A DNA stretch of 64,000 bases from Azolla caroliniana (lineage: Eukaryota > Plantae > Polypodiophyta), in contig JBHGNT010000010.1 of the NCBI GenBank assembly GCA_043228905.1, forward strand, positions 1,550,001 to 1,614,000, in the 5' to 3' direction. Shown one piece after another: positions 39,451 through 53,693 of this stretch. Position numbers and translations under genes: made by a program. The notes beneath the pieces were generated by a model, which was given only the letters and a program-made list of their open reading frames with translations, was not told the origin of the DNA and ran no database searches. Position 1 is the stretch's first letter. Every line of letters starts with the position of its first letter.

Positions 39451-40526
39451 GCGTTAAGCTAGTGGTCCTATCTACTTAGCATATGAAGGGAGTACCTATT
39501 GTTGATTCACTGTCAATGGTAATTTGGGTGGGTAAACACCCTATATAGTGTTTGCAAGATAAACAAGAGAGGGTGCCCCAACCACTTTGGATTGTGCCAA
39601 TGAAGCAAACTAGCTCACTTGGCAAACCATTTTCCTAACCTCACACTTACACTCAATTAAACAACAAATAATACACTAATGAAAAAGGCTTAACATGTGT
39701 CTTCACCATTGATTGATTGCTTGTTAAATTTGAAGCAACACAAGTAATTGGTTATCACAACTTGCTCTTATTAATTAATGACAAACCAACCACGCACAAT
39801 TACAAGCACTAAAGCTCAAATACTCAACACATAGATTGAAAGTTTTGGCCATGGCCTAAAATGAGGGTCAAGGTTGGAGAGAGAGTCATGTTTTTGAACC
39901 ATACAATTGAAGGGTAGATGATTCTCATTATTGAAAGACATACATTTGCAAACTCAACCATGTGTTTTCATGTTGGGAGAACTAAGGTTAAGGCATTCTA
40001 GTGGTAATCACTAAATTATGAACATGTTGTTTCCACTTGCATGATGATAAAAACTAAAAATGGAGCTAGGAACATATAATATTGCATCCTCTTAGGTCTT
40101 GCATATGCACAATAGTTTTTTAATTGTTGAAGTAAGCTTACTATTGCAAAATATTAGAGTTTGAAAGATGATTGTATATTTCTTTGCAGCAAACAACAAT
40201 AATAAGTCATAAAATAATCAACAAATAAGGAAAAGAAGAGAAGGTTGTTAGGATTGCTTATATTAGTTGAATCAATTAAAATATTATTATTCTCTCATCC
40301 GTCGAACCGTTGTAGATTGTGTCATTGTGTTATATTCAAAAGTTGACAATGTCAGCAACATGACAAAAATAAATGTGAAAGTTTCAGTAGTCTAACCTCT
40401 AACTATCATATATTATGTCCAATGCATGTATATGTGAATAATTAAACTTATTATGCCTTCTTCACAAGTATATAATTGAGAATTCCCTTCAAACCACAAT
40501 GAGGTGCATCTTCATTATAAACTCAA

Positions 40527-40750
40527 TAATGATAATTGATAGGACAACGTTGATGAGTTATCATGGCAACATCCAATTAGTTGAATAATTTATCCATTCA
40601 AATTATACATTCCATAAGCATAATCAGCATACAACATGTAATGATAATTGATAGGACAACGTTGATGAGTTATCATGGCAACATCCAATTAGTTGAATAA
40701 TTTATCCATTCAAATTATACATTCCATAAGCATAATCAGCATACAACATG
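40527..40750. repeat. Perfect 112-bp tandem duplication
   Basis: 40527-40638 reads identical to 40639-40750. Confidence 0.95.
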
Positions 40751-42822
40751 GATTGCCACTTGTTCTAATGTATAATAAGATGGAATGTTTTTTAGTCGAC
40801 GAAGGTATCAAAATATTAGAGAAGCTAAGAATACAAATTATAAAACAATATTGCCATAAGAGAACTTAGTGGCATGTGCTCAAAGAGTAGTCCACAATTA
40901 AGCAAGCATCACTAGTTCAATATTTAGAAGAGACCATTGCTTCCATAATTGAAAAAATACCTCATTAAATAATTTGCGGAATTAGCTAATGAGATAGTCT
41001 TTTAACTTTCTTCTCTTTATTAATTCTAGGTTCATGCTTCTTTTGAGCCTCTCGGGGTTTGAGAGGCTACAATTATATCAAGTTTTGAACTTTCTTTTTA
41101 GTTTTAATTTTCGTTGGTCAGGTCCATCGATTCTTAAGGTATTCCAATATCTTGCCCAATTAGATTATGAAAACACAATATTTTTTAGATGGAACATTGT
41201 CAACTGTAATTGATTCGCTTCAACATTCTGCGGTTGACTCAAGTGGCTCATTAATATTGACCCCAACACATTAACTCGTTCTCAACAACCTCCACTCCTA
41301 TATGTTGAATTTTAAGAAGAGTCTTCATGAAGATATAAAATTGCACATTCTATCTTGCAGTTGACAACGACTTGAATTTACACCAACCCACATATTGAGT
41401 CTTTTTTGCAACACTTAATTAGGAATGTCTCTTTGAAATCAAACTTAATTAATAAAAAATAGTGTGAAAAAAAGAAATGAAACAACCATTCAATGTGTTA
41501 AATGTACGCCTTCTGTGATTCCATCAAAAAATTCATTACACATGCATGTACATATGCATTCTTTCAAGTATTATAGGTAAAGCTTGGTCACATGATGCCC
41601 CACACACAATATCTTGATAGGATTCAATAAAAAAACATGCAAATGCAATTCATAATTACTTCATACTTCAATTAATTACAAACACTCGCTACTCCATGCA
41701 TTAAAATCAAACAAACTCCGCATATTCGGTTCAACTCTATTCAATCAGAAATATCATTACATATTTATGTGCACATACACGGATACACATGCTTTCAAAT
41801 GTTATAGGTGACACATCATCATGTGGTGCTTTGCAAACAATGTCTTCACATGGCCCAATAAAGACATACACATGCAACTTGAAACAATGTCCTACTTCAA
41901 TAATTAGACAAACTCACTATCTTCGTGCATTGAAATAAAACATTAACATTACGTGTAACAAGTGTCAATGTTGTTGGAATGGCTCACTATGTTTGTGAAT
42001 GTCTACAAAAGGTAACTAAAGAAAATGTTCTACAAGGCATATGTATTATAGAACTAGACAAAACAACACAACATAATATGATACCTACAAGAGGAAACTC
42101 TAAAGGCAATGGAATAACATTTGACCTAATGATTGTATACATTGTATAGAGGTGAAAGTATATCACCACATCTTCGCATCCTAACAATCAAATACATTGC
42201 CTGACACCATGCCAACAATGACCAATCATGCAAGAGAACATACAAAGCATACCTTAACCAATATTTAAGGGGTTTTTATTTTCCAAAAAAGGAGCTACTT
42301 TCCCATTAGTTAGGAGAGATTTTTACAGAAAGACTATACATAATACAAGTATATAATTGGGGAATCGCCCCCCAACTGAGTTCAAGAATATGAGACTACC
42401 TACATATCCTCTCTTACTTTCTACTGCAATTGAAATATGTCAAAATACCATGTGTAATTTTACATCATATACTCGTATATCCTTCCAACAAGCACTCAAA
42501 TTTCCAAGCTTCATCGATGCACAACAAAGGTTGCAACAATATTAAATTTATCAAATAGGGTTGATCCTAAGGCATAATGGTACTCAATGGGAAATGTATG
42601 CTTCCTAATATCACCCAAAATTATGAGTCTTGATGCACAACAACGTCACACTGTCACAAGATAATTACTTTAGTTGAATAGGAAGGTTTTACAAGTCTAT
42701 GATGTATTTTTGCATGTGGAAGAATAATTGTAACCTGATCGCAAATGGTCTCAAGTACATATTTCCAAGTTCCAACAAGCACTCAATTGCATTGAGCATT
42801 GATATGCACAATAAGGCAGCAT

Positions 42823-43224
42823 CATAGTTGTTAAAAAACGCGTATTCTACGTTTAGAGTACGTTTTAGAATACTCTGAAGTATTCTACACGTATTCTACG
42901 TTTTAGAATACTCTGAAGTATTCTACACGTATTCTACGTTTTAGAACTGCCGATTTTTTAAATTTGACGTATTCTATGTATTCAACGTATTTAACAAGTA
43001 TTTATCATTTCAAAAAATATTTTCTTTTTTTTGAAAAAAAAAACTTTAAAATTTAAGAAGCATTTAACATATTTTACAAGTATTCTACACGTATTCTAAG
43101 TATTTCACATACTTTATCTATAAAATACGTATTCTAAGTATTTAAAAAAAGAATTTAGAATAATTGTAGAATACTTAGAATACGTATTGTACGCGTATTT
43201 TATGCTAAGTATTTTACAACAATG
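42823..43224. mobile_element. hAT-like MITE (~400 bp) with subterminal GTATTCTA repeats
   Basis: TIRs CATAGTTGTTAAAA / TTTTACAACAATG; many GTATTCTA(C/A) motifs that flip to TAGAATAC near the right end. No clean 8-bp TSD. Confidence 0.65.
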
Positions 43225-43886
43225 GCCGCCGCGACGTTCGACGACAATATTACTTTATTCATGAAAGTCTATGATGTAAGTCTACACGTGGAGTTATAGT
43301 AATAGGCCTAGCTTGACCTCAAAGCAATACCATGATATAAAGGGTATACTTTTCCTACAAGAACTCAACTAGCACAACAAGGTGACATTTTAGACGGGAA
43401 GAGAGTGATGGGGATTAGCATCCCAAAATTCAAAAGGGTGTGCTATCATTCATGGATACACGGGAAGAAAAATATACCACATCAAACAAAAACAAAAACG
43501 TAAACAAAAACAAGAAAACCCCAAAAAATTAATCACTCGTTTAGGAGGCATAAACCCCTTGATTTAGTCTCAGATACCTAATATCATTATAACGTGGACT
43601 TCTTCGAGTCGGCTCGACTGTCGGCGAACAACAAGCGAAACACTTTGACCCTACATGCACTTTGACCCTACATACGTTTAACAAGGACGACTATGACGGG
43701 GAGTGGCTTCAAATCTCCTCCTCATTGGTGTCTTTGCCCCTCCCCGAAGCATGCAAAATGTGGCATCGGGAGCTGAAGAAAAGCTCACTGATGGCTTCAA
43801 GCATCGAGCGTATTGGATAGGCATCATGTGCAACAAGACCAGAGAGAGATTGCCGTATAGTTGGCCAGCTGAGGGTGGCCAAGTGA

Positions 43887-43933
<47 letters not shown>

Positions 43934-44179
43934 ATAGGAGAGTAAGGGCCACAGGAGAGGTATATGGTAATGCATGAAAGAAGGGGAAAAAACGTGAACA
44001 TTTTTTGTGAGTCTTTTGGATGCATGTGGGGGTGGTCAAGACTCAAGACTCAAGACATATAGACTTGGGCTCCAAGGAAGCGTGATGGCCGTCCGATCAA
44101 GCGTAGAGTTTGGACGGTCCAGATTAAAAGGCTGCGCTCAAACATGAAAAATGCAGCGATCTCTGCGCTCGCTCGCCAC

Positions 44180-44322
44180 CTTCTCCTTCTCCTTCTTCTT
44201 CTTCTTCTTCTCCTTCTCCTTCTTCTTCATCTTCTTCTCCTTCTTCTTCTCCTTCTCCTTCTTCTTCTTCTCCTTCTCCTTCTCCTTCTTCTTCATCTTC
44301 TTCTCCTTCTCCTTCTTCTTCA
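44180..44322. repeat. (CTT/CTC)n pyrimidine microsatellite in the probable NDA 5' leader
   Basis: About 140 bp almost entirely C/T; it creates the spurious poly-Leu/Lys/Phe ORFs in the track. Confidence 0.9.
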
Positions 44323-44711
44323 CCATATTAAAGTTCCAATTAAGCTCTATGTTTTTTTTAGGGTTTCTCCTAAGCTCTCTGTTTCTTTTTTTTTAGGTTT
44401 TCTGTTGAGCTCTCTGCTTTTATGTCATTCTCTTGAACTCTCTGTGTTTTAGTGTTTCTGTTAAAACTCTCGGTTCTTTGAGCTTTCTCCGTGTCCTCTG
44501 TTTCTTTCTAGGGTTCCTGGGTACGCTGTTTTTACTATCCGTTTCTTATGGACACTCTGTTATATTTTTAGGGTTTCTGCGTTACCTGTTCTCCCCCCCC
44601 CCCCCTCCTTTACTAGTGTTTCCTAAATCTCTGCATTTTTGGGGTTCCTGAGATCCTCTGTTTCTTTTGTAGAATTAGCTGTTACTCTGTTTCCATTTCC
44701 TTCTGTTTTCT

Positions 44712-47700
44712 ATGACGCTGCGTTTTCTAGCAGAAAAATCTGCTCCACGCAGACCTGGCTATGGGAATTTCCTTTCGTGGACTTCGAGCAAAGAAAGCTC
44801 ATTTTACTCGCAGAGAAACCATGCAGACATGTACATCTTCAATCACATTCCATTCATCTCTGGTCCTTCCAATGCTCATGATCAGACGAATCTTCAAACC
44901 CTAAAACACAGAAAAAGTGCTCCGGACGATTCGTCACTAATGTTTATCTCTGCATCTAATGTAGTGGATATGGAAACTATATATACAGCAGAAAGAAGAA
45001 GAAGAAGAATCATCAGCAACAACATTATCAAAGAAATGAAAGTTTCTAATTCTTTTATGACAGGCCAGAAAAGATTTAATAAGCCATCAGAATTATATCC
45101 TCTTCTGCATGGTTCTTGTAATTTGTATGTCCGACCATATTCTCATTCGGTAGAAGAATTAGAGGTTGTTACCAATGAAAATGAAGATTCAGATATTGGT
45201 GGCCTTGGAGCAAATCAAACTGGGAGAATCAAATTAGCTAGGCCCAGTGTTAGTGATGGTTCAGCTAATTCTGATGGTGCAATTGGGTCAATCTCGAAGA
45301 CCAAAGAAATGGCAGAGAAATTATCAACGATCAATGGTAGCAAAGTTTTAGATTCAGAGGAGGGTATGTGTATCAAGTCGGCAATGGATTTGACGAATCA
45401 AATGACAGAAAAAATAGCAACAAAAAATGGCACCGATGGAATGATGGAGAAGTTAGCAGCAACAGATAATATTAGCAGAGAAGTTGTAGATTTAAATGGT
45501 ACACAATCGAGCCCAATGAAGAATTCTATCGGAGGAAGTTTGCTGGCTACAAAGGCTGGCCAAAAGCCTCGTATTGTTGTCTTAGGCACGGGTTGGGCTG
45601 CCTCTCGCCTTATGAAGGATTTGAATGCAAAAATGTGTGATATTGTGTGTGTTTCTCCAAGGAATCACATGGTCTTCACTCCTCTTCTTGCATCTACTTG
45701 TGTTGGTACCCTCGAGTTCAGATCTGTGGCTGAACCTATTGTTCGTATCCAACCCGCCCTCTCTGAATCGCCAGATTCCTTCTTCTTTCTTGGACGTTGC
45801 CTCAGTATAGATCCGCAAAATCACGAGGTATGGTTCTATTTGCGGTCCAATCAATCATAAACATTTTATTAGATCCATTCATGCTATATTGGATCTCGAG
45901 CATTTGGTTCAATCATCGTTATAAATATAGTCTAATTGGATCTGTTCATGCTATCTGGTCTTGATCATTGGACATTTGATCAACAAATTAAATATATTAT
46001 AAGGTCATCTTCTCCTGCTTATAGGACCTCCATCCAAATTTGCTTGTCAATTATAAATATGTTATAAGTTATAACCATAGCATGTGAATGAGTCCAGCAC
46101 AAGGGAGGGGGGTTAATAACAACCTTTTTTTTCTAGTATTGGTAACCATATCGTAGCAACGAGCATGGTGTAATTTAATTTGCATGTGAGTTCTGACACA
46201 AAATGGGGTTTAAAGTTCTCTTTTCATTGCATATCATTTACATACAATCTAGGTTCCCATGTAATTGGCATCATATGTGTCTTTTAGGGAAAGAAAGAGT
46301 CACTTTTATTCATGAGAAAAAACCCATATACAAAGAATTGATATGAAGGGTAAGTTACTCATAAATATGTAACGTCCATAAAAAGCTTTTTTGTACACAA
46401 TCTATTTACATACAAAAAGCTCATGATTCAAGCAAATTATTCTGTATTTTTTAATCTCTCTTTTTTATATGTAACGTCCATAAAAAAGGCTTTTATTGTA
46501 CACTTAATCTATTTACATGCAATAAAGCTCATGATTCAAGCAAATTATTCTGTATTTTTTCATCTCTCTCTTTTATATGTAACGTCCATAAAAAGCTTTT
46601 TTTGTACACATAATCTATTTACATACAAAAAGCTCATGATTCAAGCAAATTATTCTGTATTTTTTCATCTCTCTTTTTTTATGAGTCTTATTTTATACCT
46701 TTTGCTAACACCAGACATTTTTTATTTGTTACAAAGATTCGTTGTATAGCAGAGGGTAAGGATGCTCCTGGTGTGGATTCCAGTTGCAAGGACTTCACCA
46801 TAGCTTATGATAAACTTGTTATTGCCGCTGGAGCACAAGCACTCACATTCAATATCAATGGTGTCGCGGAACATGCCATTTTCCTTAGAGAGGTTACAGA
46901 TGCTCAAAAAATAAGAAAAAAACTATTGCTCAACCTTATGCTTTCTGACATTCCGGGTAAGCTGGGACTCAATGTTAAGAACGAGGTAACTTCAAATTGA
47001 TTGTAGGCCTTGTATATGAAATCAGAACTTCACCTTTTGAATTTCATAATTAAGCATTCACAAGTCAGACATCTAATGACATGAAATGCAGTTATTTGTT
47101 TTATAGAAGCTGGTTGTTCAGAAAGGTCTTCTAATTATAGGCTATGTTCACTCGATCAGGGACTTCCGAAGCAGAAAAGAGGAGGCTTTTGCATTGTGTT
47201 GTTGTAGGTGGAGGGCCTACTGGTGTTGAGTTTAGCGGTGAGCTTAGTGACTTCATCCGAAGCGATGTTCACCAAAGATACTCACATGTGAAGGATTATA
47301 TCAATGTTACACTCATCGAGGTATAAGCATATCGGCTTTTGATCAATGCAGTCTGACGTTTTAAAAATGTCAGAATATATTTTTTTATTGATTTCATCTG
47401 TTATCTGCTTGTTTTGTTAAGAAATTGTAAATGAACAAATTTCCAGGCAAAGGAGATACTCTCTTCATTCGATGTAAGGTTACGCATCTATGCGATGAAG
47501 CATCTAGAGAAGGTAGAACTGTAGATGAACAACCTTAAAACCTTTATAAGCCCCTCATCCCCACCCCCTAGAAAAGGGTTTTTTTAAATTCTATATGGTG
47601 TTGCAATTATTTTTTGGTTTTTTGACGAGGAACATATCTCACCGTGAATGTAGGCTGGAGTCAAATTAGTGCAAGGTGTTGTGAAGGATGTTCAACCCAA

Positions 47701-49274
47701 GGAGATTATACTTAGTGATGGATCAGTAGTGCCTTATGGCTTGTTAGTTTGGTCTACTGGCGTTGGCCCGTCTAGCTTTGTGAAATCTCTTCAACTGCCC
47801 AAATCTCGTGTTGGAAGGTAGCTACAACAGATGTAATTGCATAGTCTAACTGGATTGTTATAATCCTTTTCACTTCTTACCTAGTTCAAACTGCCACTTA
47901 TTATTGTAGGAAAAAGACACATTTGAGGAATTTTGCTTTGCTTTATTATGCAGGATTGGTGTGGATGAAAAACTAAGGGTATCTGGCTTAGAAGATGTCT
48001 ATGCGATTGGTGATTGTGCGGGGTTTATGGAGAGTGTAGGGAAGCCTGATTTACCTGCGCTAGCTCAGGTTAATTTTGTCTCTCCAATTCAAAATTGATG
48101 CATTCTCGAGACCAAATAGATTCTTGATTTTGAACCACGGAAACTTTTATGGGTTCTCAAGCCCGAAAGGCGGAATATGGAATATCATGTGGATTCTCAT
48201 GACTGAACCACAGAATATTTATGGATTCTTGGGACTGATGTTATTCTGCTTCTATGAATGCTCATTTGAGTTGAATTGATGTTATTCAAGGTTGCTGAGA
48301 GGCAAGGCAAATACCTTGCCAAGGAGCTGAATAGGATTCTGAAAGCTGGTGGTGGACAAGCTGGGGCCAGCGGGTCCCTGCTAGAAGAGGGTCCTCCTTT
48401 TGTGTATAGGCATTTAGGAAGCATGGCCTCTGTGGGGAGGTACAAAGCTTTGGTTGATCTACGCGAAAACAAGGTGACAAGTGTTCTCAAGCTCTTATGA
48501 ATTCACATTCTCACATGGCATGCACATCTTTAGATACGAAAAAACTAATGATTTGTACCAACCTTTATGATTCCCTGTGGCATCATAAATGAATCAACAC
48601 AAATTGCTTGTCTGCATGCTTCCCACAACTTCCATGATTTCGGAAGGCATGAAGGTTTATGTATTAACACTAGATAACCACTAGTATCTATTAACTTATA
48701 CCTTGCTGATGTGTCAAAACTTACATCATATATAAGGGTACGAAGAGTACTAGATAGCCTACTAGTATCTATAGGTTGTACTACCTTGTTGGCACATCGT
48801 CAATCAAGGATTAATGCATAAAAACTAAACACTTTATGCAAATCATACATAGAACTACAATGTTTGATTAATTTTATACATTAAAACTAATTCATTAGTG
48901 CAAACCTTTGTTAGAACTAGTTCATATATAGTAACACCTTGCTTGGCTCTTCATCAATCAAGATTTATTGCATTTTATCAATTACATTTGTACATATCTT
49001 TGTAAGGCGCTAATACATATACATTTTATTTGCTGAATATTTGTGTATTGCTGATTCCCTCTACCTTGTAAAGTGCATGGTTACATATCGTTGATTGACG
49101 TGGGAGTTTTTTTTACAGGACTCGTCGAGAGGAGTGTCATGGGCTGGTTTCTTGAGTTGGTTAGTATGGCGATCAGCTTATTTGACACGTGTGGTCAGTT
49201 GGCGTAATCGATTCTACGTAGCTGTGAATTGGGCTACCACTTTCATTTTTGGTCGTGATATATCGCGCATCTGA
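44712..49274 (+). CDS. NDA: Type II (alternative, internal) NAD(P)H:ubiquinone oxidoreductase, NDA subfamily (multi-exon)
   Basis: [12 protein letters not shown] (FAD motif), [47 protein letters not shown] (NADH motif), IGDC, PALAQVAERQG, and C-terminus FGRDISRI* (PTS1-like SRI). No EF-hand insert. First exon 44712-45827; start codon uncertain. Confidence 0.95.
46366..46680. repeat. Three-copy ~105-bp tandem repeat in NDA intron 1
   Basis: Unit ATATGTAACGTCCATAAAAAGC...CTCATGATTCAAGCAAATTATTCTGTATTTTTT..ATCTCTC occurs three times. Confidence 0.9.
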
Positions 49275-51082
49275 GCTTGGGCAGCTCTAGCTTGTCCAAA
49301 GGACATAGCTTAATTCTAGCATTTACCTTTCTTAATTTTTGCTAATGAAAAATAGTAATCATCAACAAAAAAAGACGATTCGGTCTTAATGAGATTACAA
49401 TCCCAAAACCAATAAAAAGGGAGAGGATAGAAAAGCATGGGTTCTAACATTTTGCTAAAAGAGTGTTGGAAGAGTACTACATCATTAATGGGAGATCACA
49501 CGTCATTCTTTTGAGATTTGTTAGGTAACTTGGCTCAAAGAGATGGATGGGCACAATGGCATTTTACAATGTTAATGTTTGGCATGCAATATAACAATGC
49601 TTTATTTGAAAATTTCACGATTTAGTTTGTACAATTTAAAATAAGATTGATTCTAGGAATGATAGAATTGCAACAATGCTATATAGTGAGAAGAAAACTC
49701 TATTTTTATTTCCTTTCATGGAGGCAAGTACAAAAACATTGGATTAGTTTCTATTAATCAATCAACATGATCAATGCCTTTGAAAAACACATGCATGGGT
49801 TAGTTTTTCCATGACTTTCAATTTTACGAAAGTAGGTGGCAAGCAACTAAAGCAATCCCCATGTTTTTCTTTCAAAGCCAACTTATGAAAGGGTAGGTGA
49901 AGCAATAATAACCTTTCAATGGTACTAATGAAAGAAGCATATATTTCCACATTGGCTTCACAAAACTAATAAGCTTGGAATGTACGTAGTCATAAATGAT
50001 CATGGTCTATTTGGTTTGGTTCATGACTACTAGCTTTGGACGACATCCAGTATGGGGGTACAATATGCAAAGGTCCCAAAGATGGTGAATACATTTCTAA
50101 TACCATCCTTTATCAATTGTGGACAAGGGAGTGTATTCTTTTCGGTTTATTCATCATTATATAGGAGGTTAGCATTGGTCAATCATGTTAGTAGCTTGAT
50201 TGAAGCTTCTCATGATTCCTGAAATATTGATGTATGAAAGGGAGAGCCTTCGTAAGACATTATTAGGTGTTAAAGCATGGGCTATTACATGTAAAACATG
50301 CATATTGTGACTTCTCAACTTTGCGTATAGTTTCCTTGAACATGTGTGGGATTTAAAGAGTGTCACACTTTAATACAATTGGTTTCATTCGATCACATTC
50401 AGGTTTGGCTTTCCATATGTTGTCAATCCGGTCCACTCCTTACACACATTCCTCTCACACTCACAACTTGTGCACGCTCTCAATCACAAATAATTTATTA
50501 GCAAAATTGTTGAAGGTCAAGAATTACTACTAAAATCCACGGCTACCATAGTACTATGGGAAAAAAAAGTGATTCGGTTTTGGTATCACAAAGTCATATT
50601 TGACCTCGAGGGCGCAAATAAAACCTATCTATCTATCCATTTATCTATCTAATTGTCTCCCGATCGATAAGATGGGATACATGTCTATCTATCTCTCGAT
50701 TGATCGATAAAATGGGATGCATATTGCTTTGATCTAAAGGTGGCAATCTATCCATCTACCTATCTATCAAATTGTATCTCGATCGATAAGACGGGATACA
50801 TATCTATCTATCTCTCGATCGATAAACCAGGATACATATCACACTGACCCAAAGGAGGCCACATTGCCGGGGAGTGAAGTGAATACACTCACTTATTCTA
50901 CTACTTCTTCTTCTCTTTACTATTCATTTTGAGCACATTGTTGTTACACAGATTCATACAGATATTATATAGCCATGTAATTGCAGTGTCTGCTCTAAAG
51001 AGCTTAAAAGCTTTCTTTAGTTATTTATTGGTGTTTCTGCTCCTGCTGCTGTCCCTCAGAGGCCATAGCCATAGCCACATCC

Positions 51083-53600
51083 ATGGCTATGGCGCCCACG
51101 CTGAACGTCATGGAAGCGAATCGTCGCCTTCTCGAATACGTGAACTGGACGATCGAATCCATCGCCTCTCAGAACGGCGCAGCTCTCAGAGACCTCCTCG
51201 CCATATCCCCCTCCTTCTCTTATCGCGACAATATCGCCATGGCCCTTGACGTGGTTAAGGTTAGTCACTTTTCTTTCTGGTTAAGTGACCGACTCTAGCT
51301 CTTTTTTTTTTGTTTGAATCTGCTTTTTACTTGTTTATTCCATCTTAGGAATAATTTGTAGGAGAACTCGTTGTCTTCTTCTTCGTCTAGTTCGTTTAAC
51401 TTCGAATCTGTTCTTTGCTTTTGTTCTTAGATGGAAATACGAACATATGCTTTTTATGATTATAGTTTCGTTTGTGTGTTAAAAAGTAACTTATTTGCTT
51501 CGCTCTTATCAAGAACTTCTAATATCTAGTGAAATCAATTTTATTTTCTGAGTTTGAGTAGTTTGTATTTGAATCTGTTATTCGGTTTGATCTTAGTTAG
51601 AAATCTGCTTTACTAGAAAAATGCTTCTGGTTTACTATTTTTGCTCTGATTAAGCTTAATAAGAACTCAGATTTCACTTTTGACCAATGTTTGTTCATTT
51701 TTTGCATGAAACCTGATCCTTGCTTAAAACATAGTAAAATGTTGGCCTTTGGCTTGATATCGAGTTTCTTGTTTACTAGGTAGCTAACTTCTGTTTTGTC
51801 CAATTTTAGTACATCCTTTGTATGAAACCTGATATTTACTCCAAACAAAGTAAGGATTTGGTTTGCTAGATAACAAACTCAATTTTTAGTTGGAATTTAG
51901 CTAATTTATGTATGAATTGGGTGTTAGCTTACTAGTTTGAAGATTTTTTTGACTTATTTTAGTTCGTTTATGTCTTATGTATGAATCTCATCTTTGCTTT
52001 AAACTTGTTAGCCTTTCGCGAGAGAAAGGGTATGTTTTATGGATTGCTTGATTGATATGTTTATGCTAAATATTGCCCTACAGCTACATGTGTAAATTTC
52101 ATTGTACAGTCTTTGTTTATTTGGAGCCTTAGAATTTGAGTTGGCATATGGAAAACATTAGGGAATAGTAGTTCTAGTATGAAATAGAGAAAAGAACCAG
52201 CAATTAGAAAATGTAGCTCTGGTGGTTGAAATGACACCCAAGCCCTGAATTTTAATTATATGTGAAGATGCAACCACCGAATATGTAATGATAGTGTCCA
52301 TTATTATGCAAATAATTAGTGAATATTCTGTAAAGAATAAATAACGGGGCCATATGCAAATATGCACTCAGTTTGTGTTCGTAATGTGTGTGGGTAAGGC
52401 ATAATGGTGTAAGATGGATATTATGACACCTTCACTATATGAAGTGTATAAACCGTATGGCCATCACATGTAGAAAACTCAACATATGGCTCAACTAAGT
52501 GGTGGTTATGCTAATTACTCATTGTCTGTATCAAAATTAACCTGAAAGTCATAAATTGTTTGAAATAATATGTCAAATAATAAGGGCACTTTGCTCAACT
52601 ACTAGTTTCACTAATGGAGATGACTTATTGTATTAAAAATATACCATAGAAAATATATAAAAAACATAAATTTTTTATGCCAAATCAACAATATGTCGGT
52701 CGTATTGTGGAGATCATTCTTAATAATATGATGAAATATGATCCCTCATGTGAGGAGATTGTTGGTCATATCGACATCTAAACTTCACCAATTAATCATT
52801 ATGCTGAAGTTCAGATATAGATGCCTAATCATTAGACATTAGTATATTTACATATCTTTGCGATCATTCTTAATATGATGAAATATGCTCCCTAGCATGA
52901 GGTCATTGGTCCTTGCTGACAAAAGCTTCATATGCTGATCTACATCTGGTTTACTGTCTTAAAACTGCCATAAAAATGTCAAACTACTTGAAATTTGTAT
53001 GCCAAATCATTAGTATGTTTAACTATAGTGGTGATCAGAATTATTAAAATTTAATACGATGAAATATGCTTCGTAATGCAATGAGATAATTGCTCATTGC
53101 TGACAAAGCTTCATATGCTTATCTACTTCTGAACTTCATCAATTATGCCAAAATTCAGAAATAGATGCCTGATCATTAATCGTTAGTATTTGTTCATATC
53201 ATTGTGATCACTCTTAATAATATGATTAAATATGCTCCTTAGTATGATGATATCATTGCTCATTGCTGACAAAAGCTTCATGTGCTGATCTACATCTGAA
53301 CAATTATGATGAAGTTTTTAACATGTTGGGCATGCACTCTTATTTGATCAATGAGGTCATTAAGATGTTTACAGTTGTATTCATGCAGGATGTCACCAGG
53401 ATTGTTAAGCAGATTGATAAGCATGGCCAGGTAGCAGATATGTTGGCACAGCACATGCGTTGCATGCAGAGCTATTACCACAAAAACTATGTAGATTCAT
53501 ATAATGCCTTGGAAAAGTCAGCAAAGTATCCTGAATGGTTATATATTTGGAATTACTATTCAGCCCTGGCATTTAGTGTGTTTTATGTTTGATGAACATG

Positions 53601-53693
<93 letters not shown>

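Noticed and set aside
42841-42945. Short repeats that superficially resemble a CRISPR array
   Set aside because: The spacers are identical rather than unique, the context is eukaryotic and there are no cas genes; these are MITE subterminal repeats.
43678-44046. ORFs on both strands upstream of NDA
   Set aside because: They span a (GA)n tract and show no recognisable motif or supportive splice structure.
44138-44452. Poly-Leu, poly-Lys/Glu and poly-Phe ORFs
   Set aside because: Artefacts of the CTT/CTC microsatellite in the NDA leader.
50975-50980. ATG-TAA minimal uORF upstream of EER5
   Set aside because: Common by chance in AT-rich DNA and possibly inside a leader intron.
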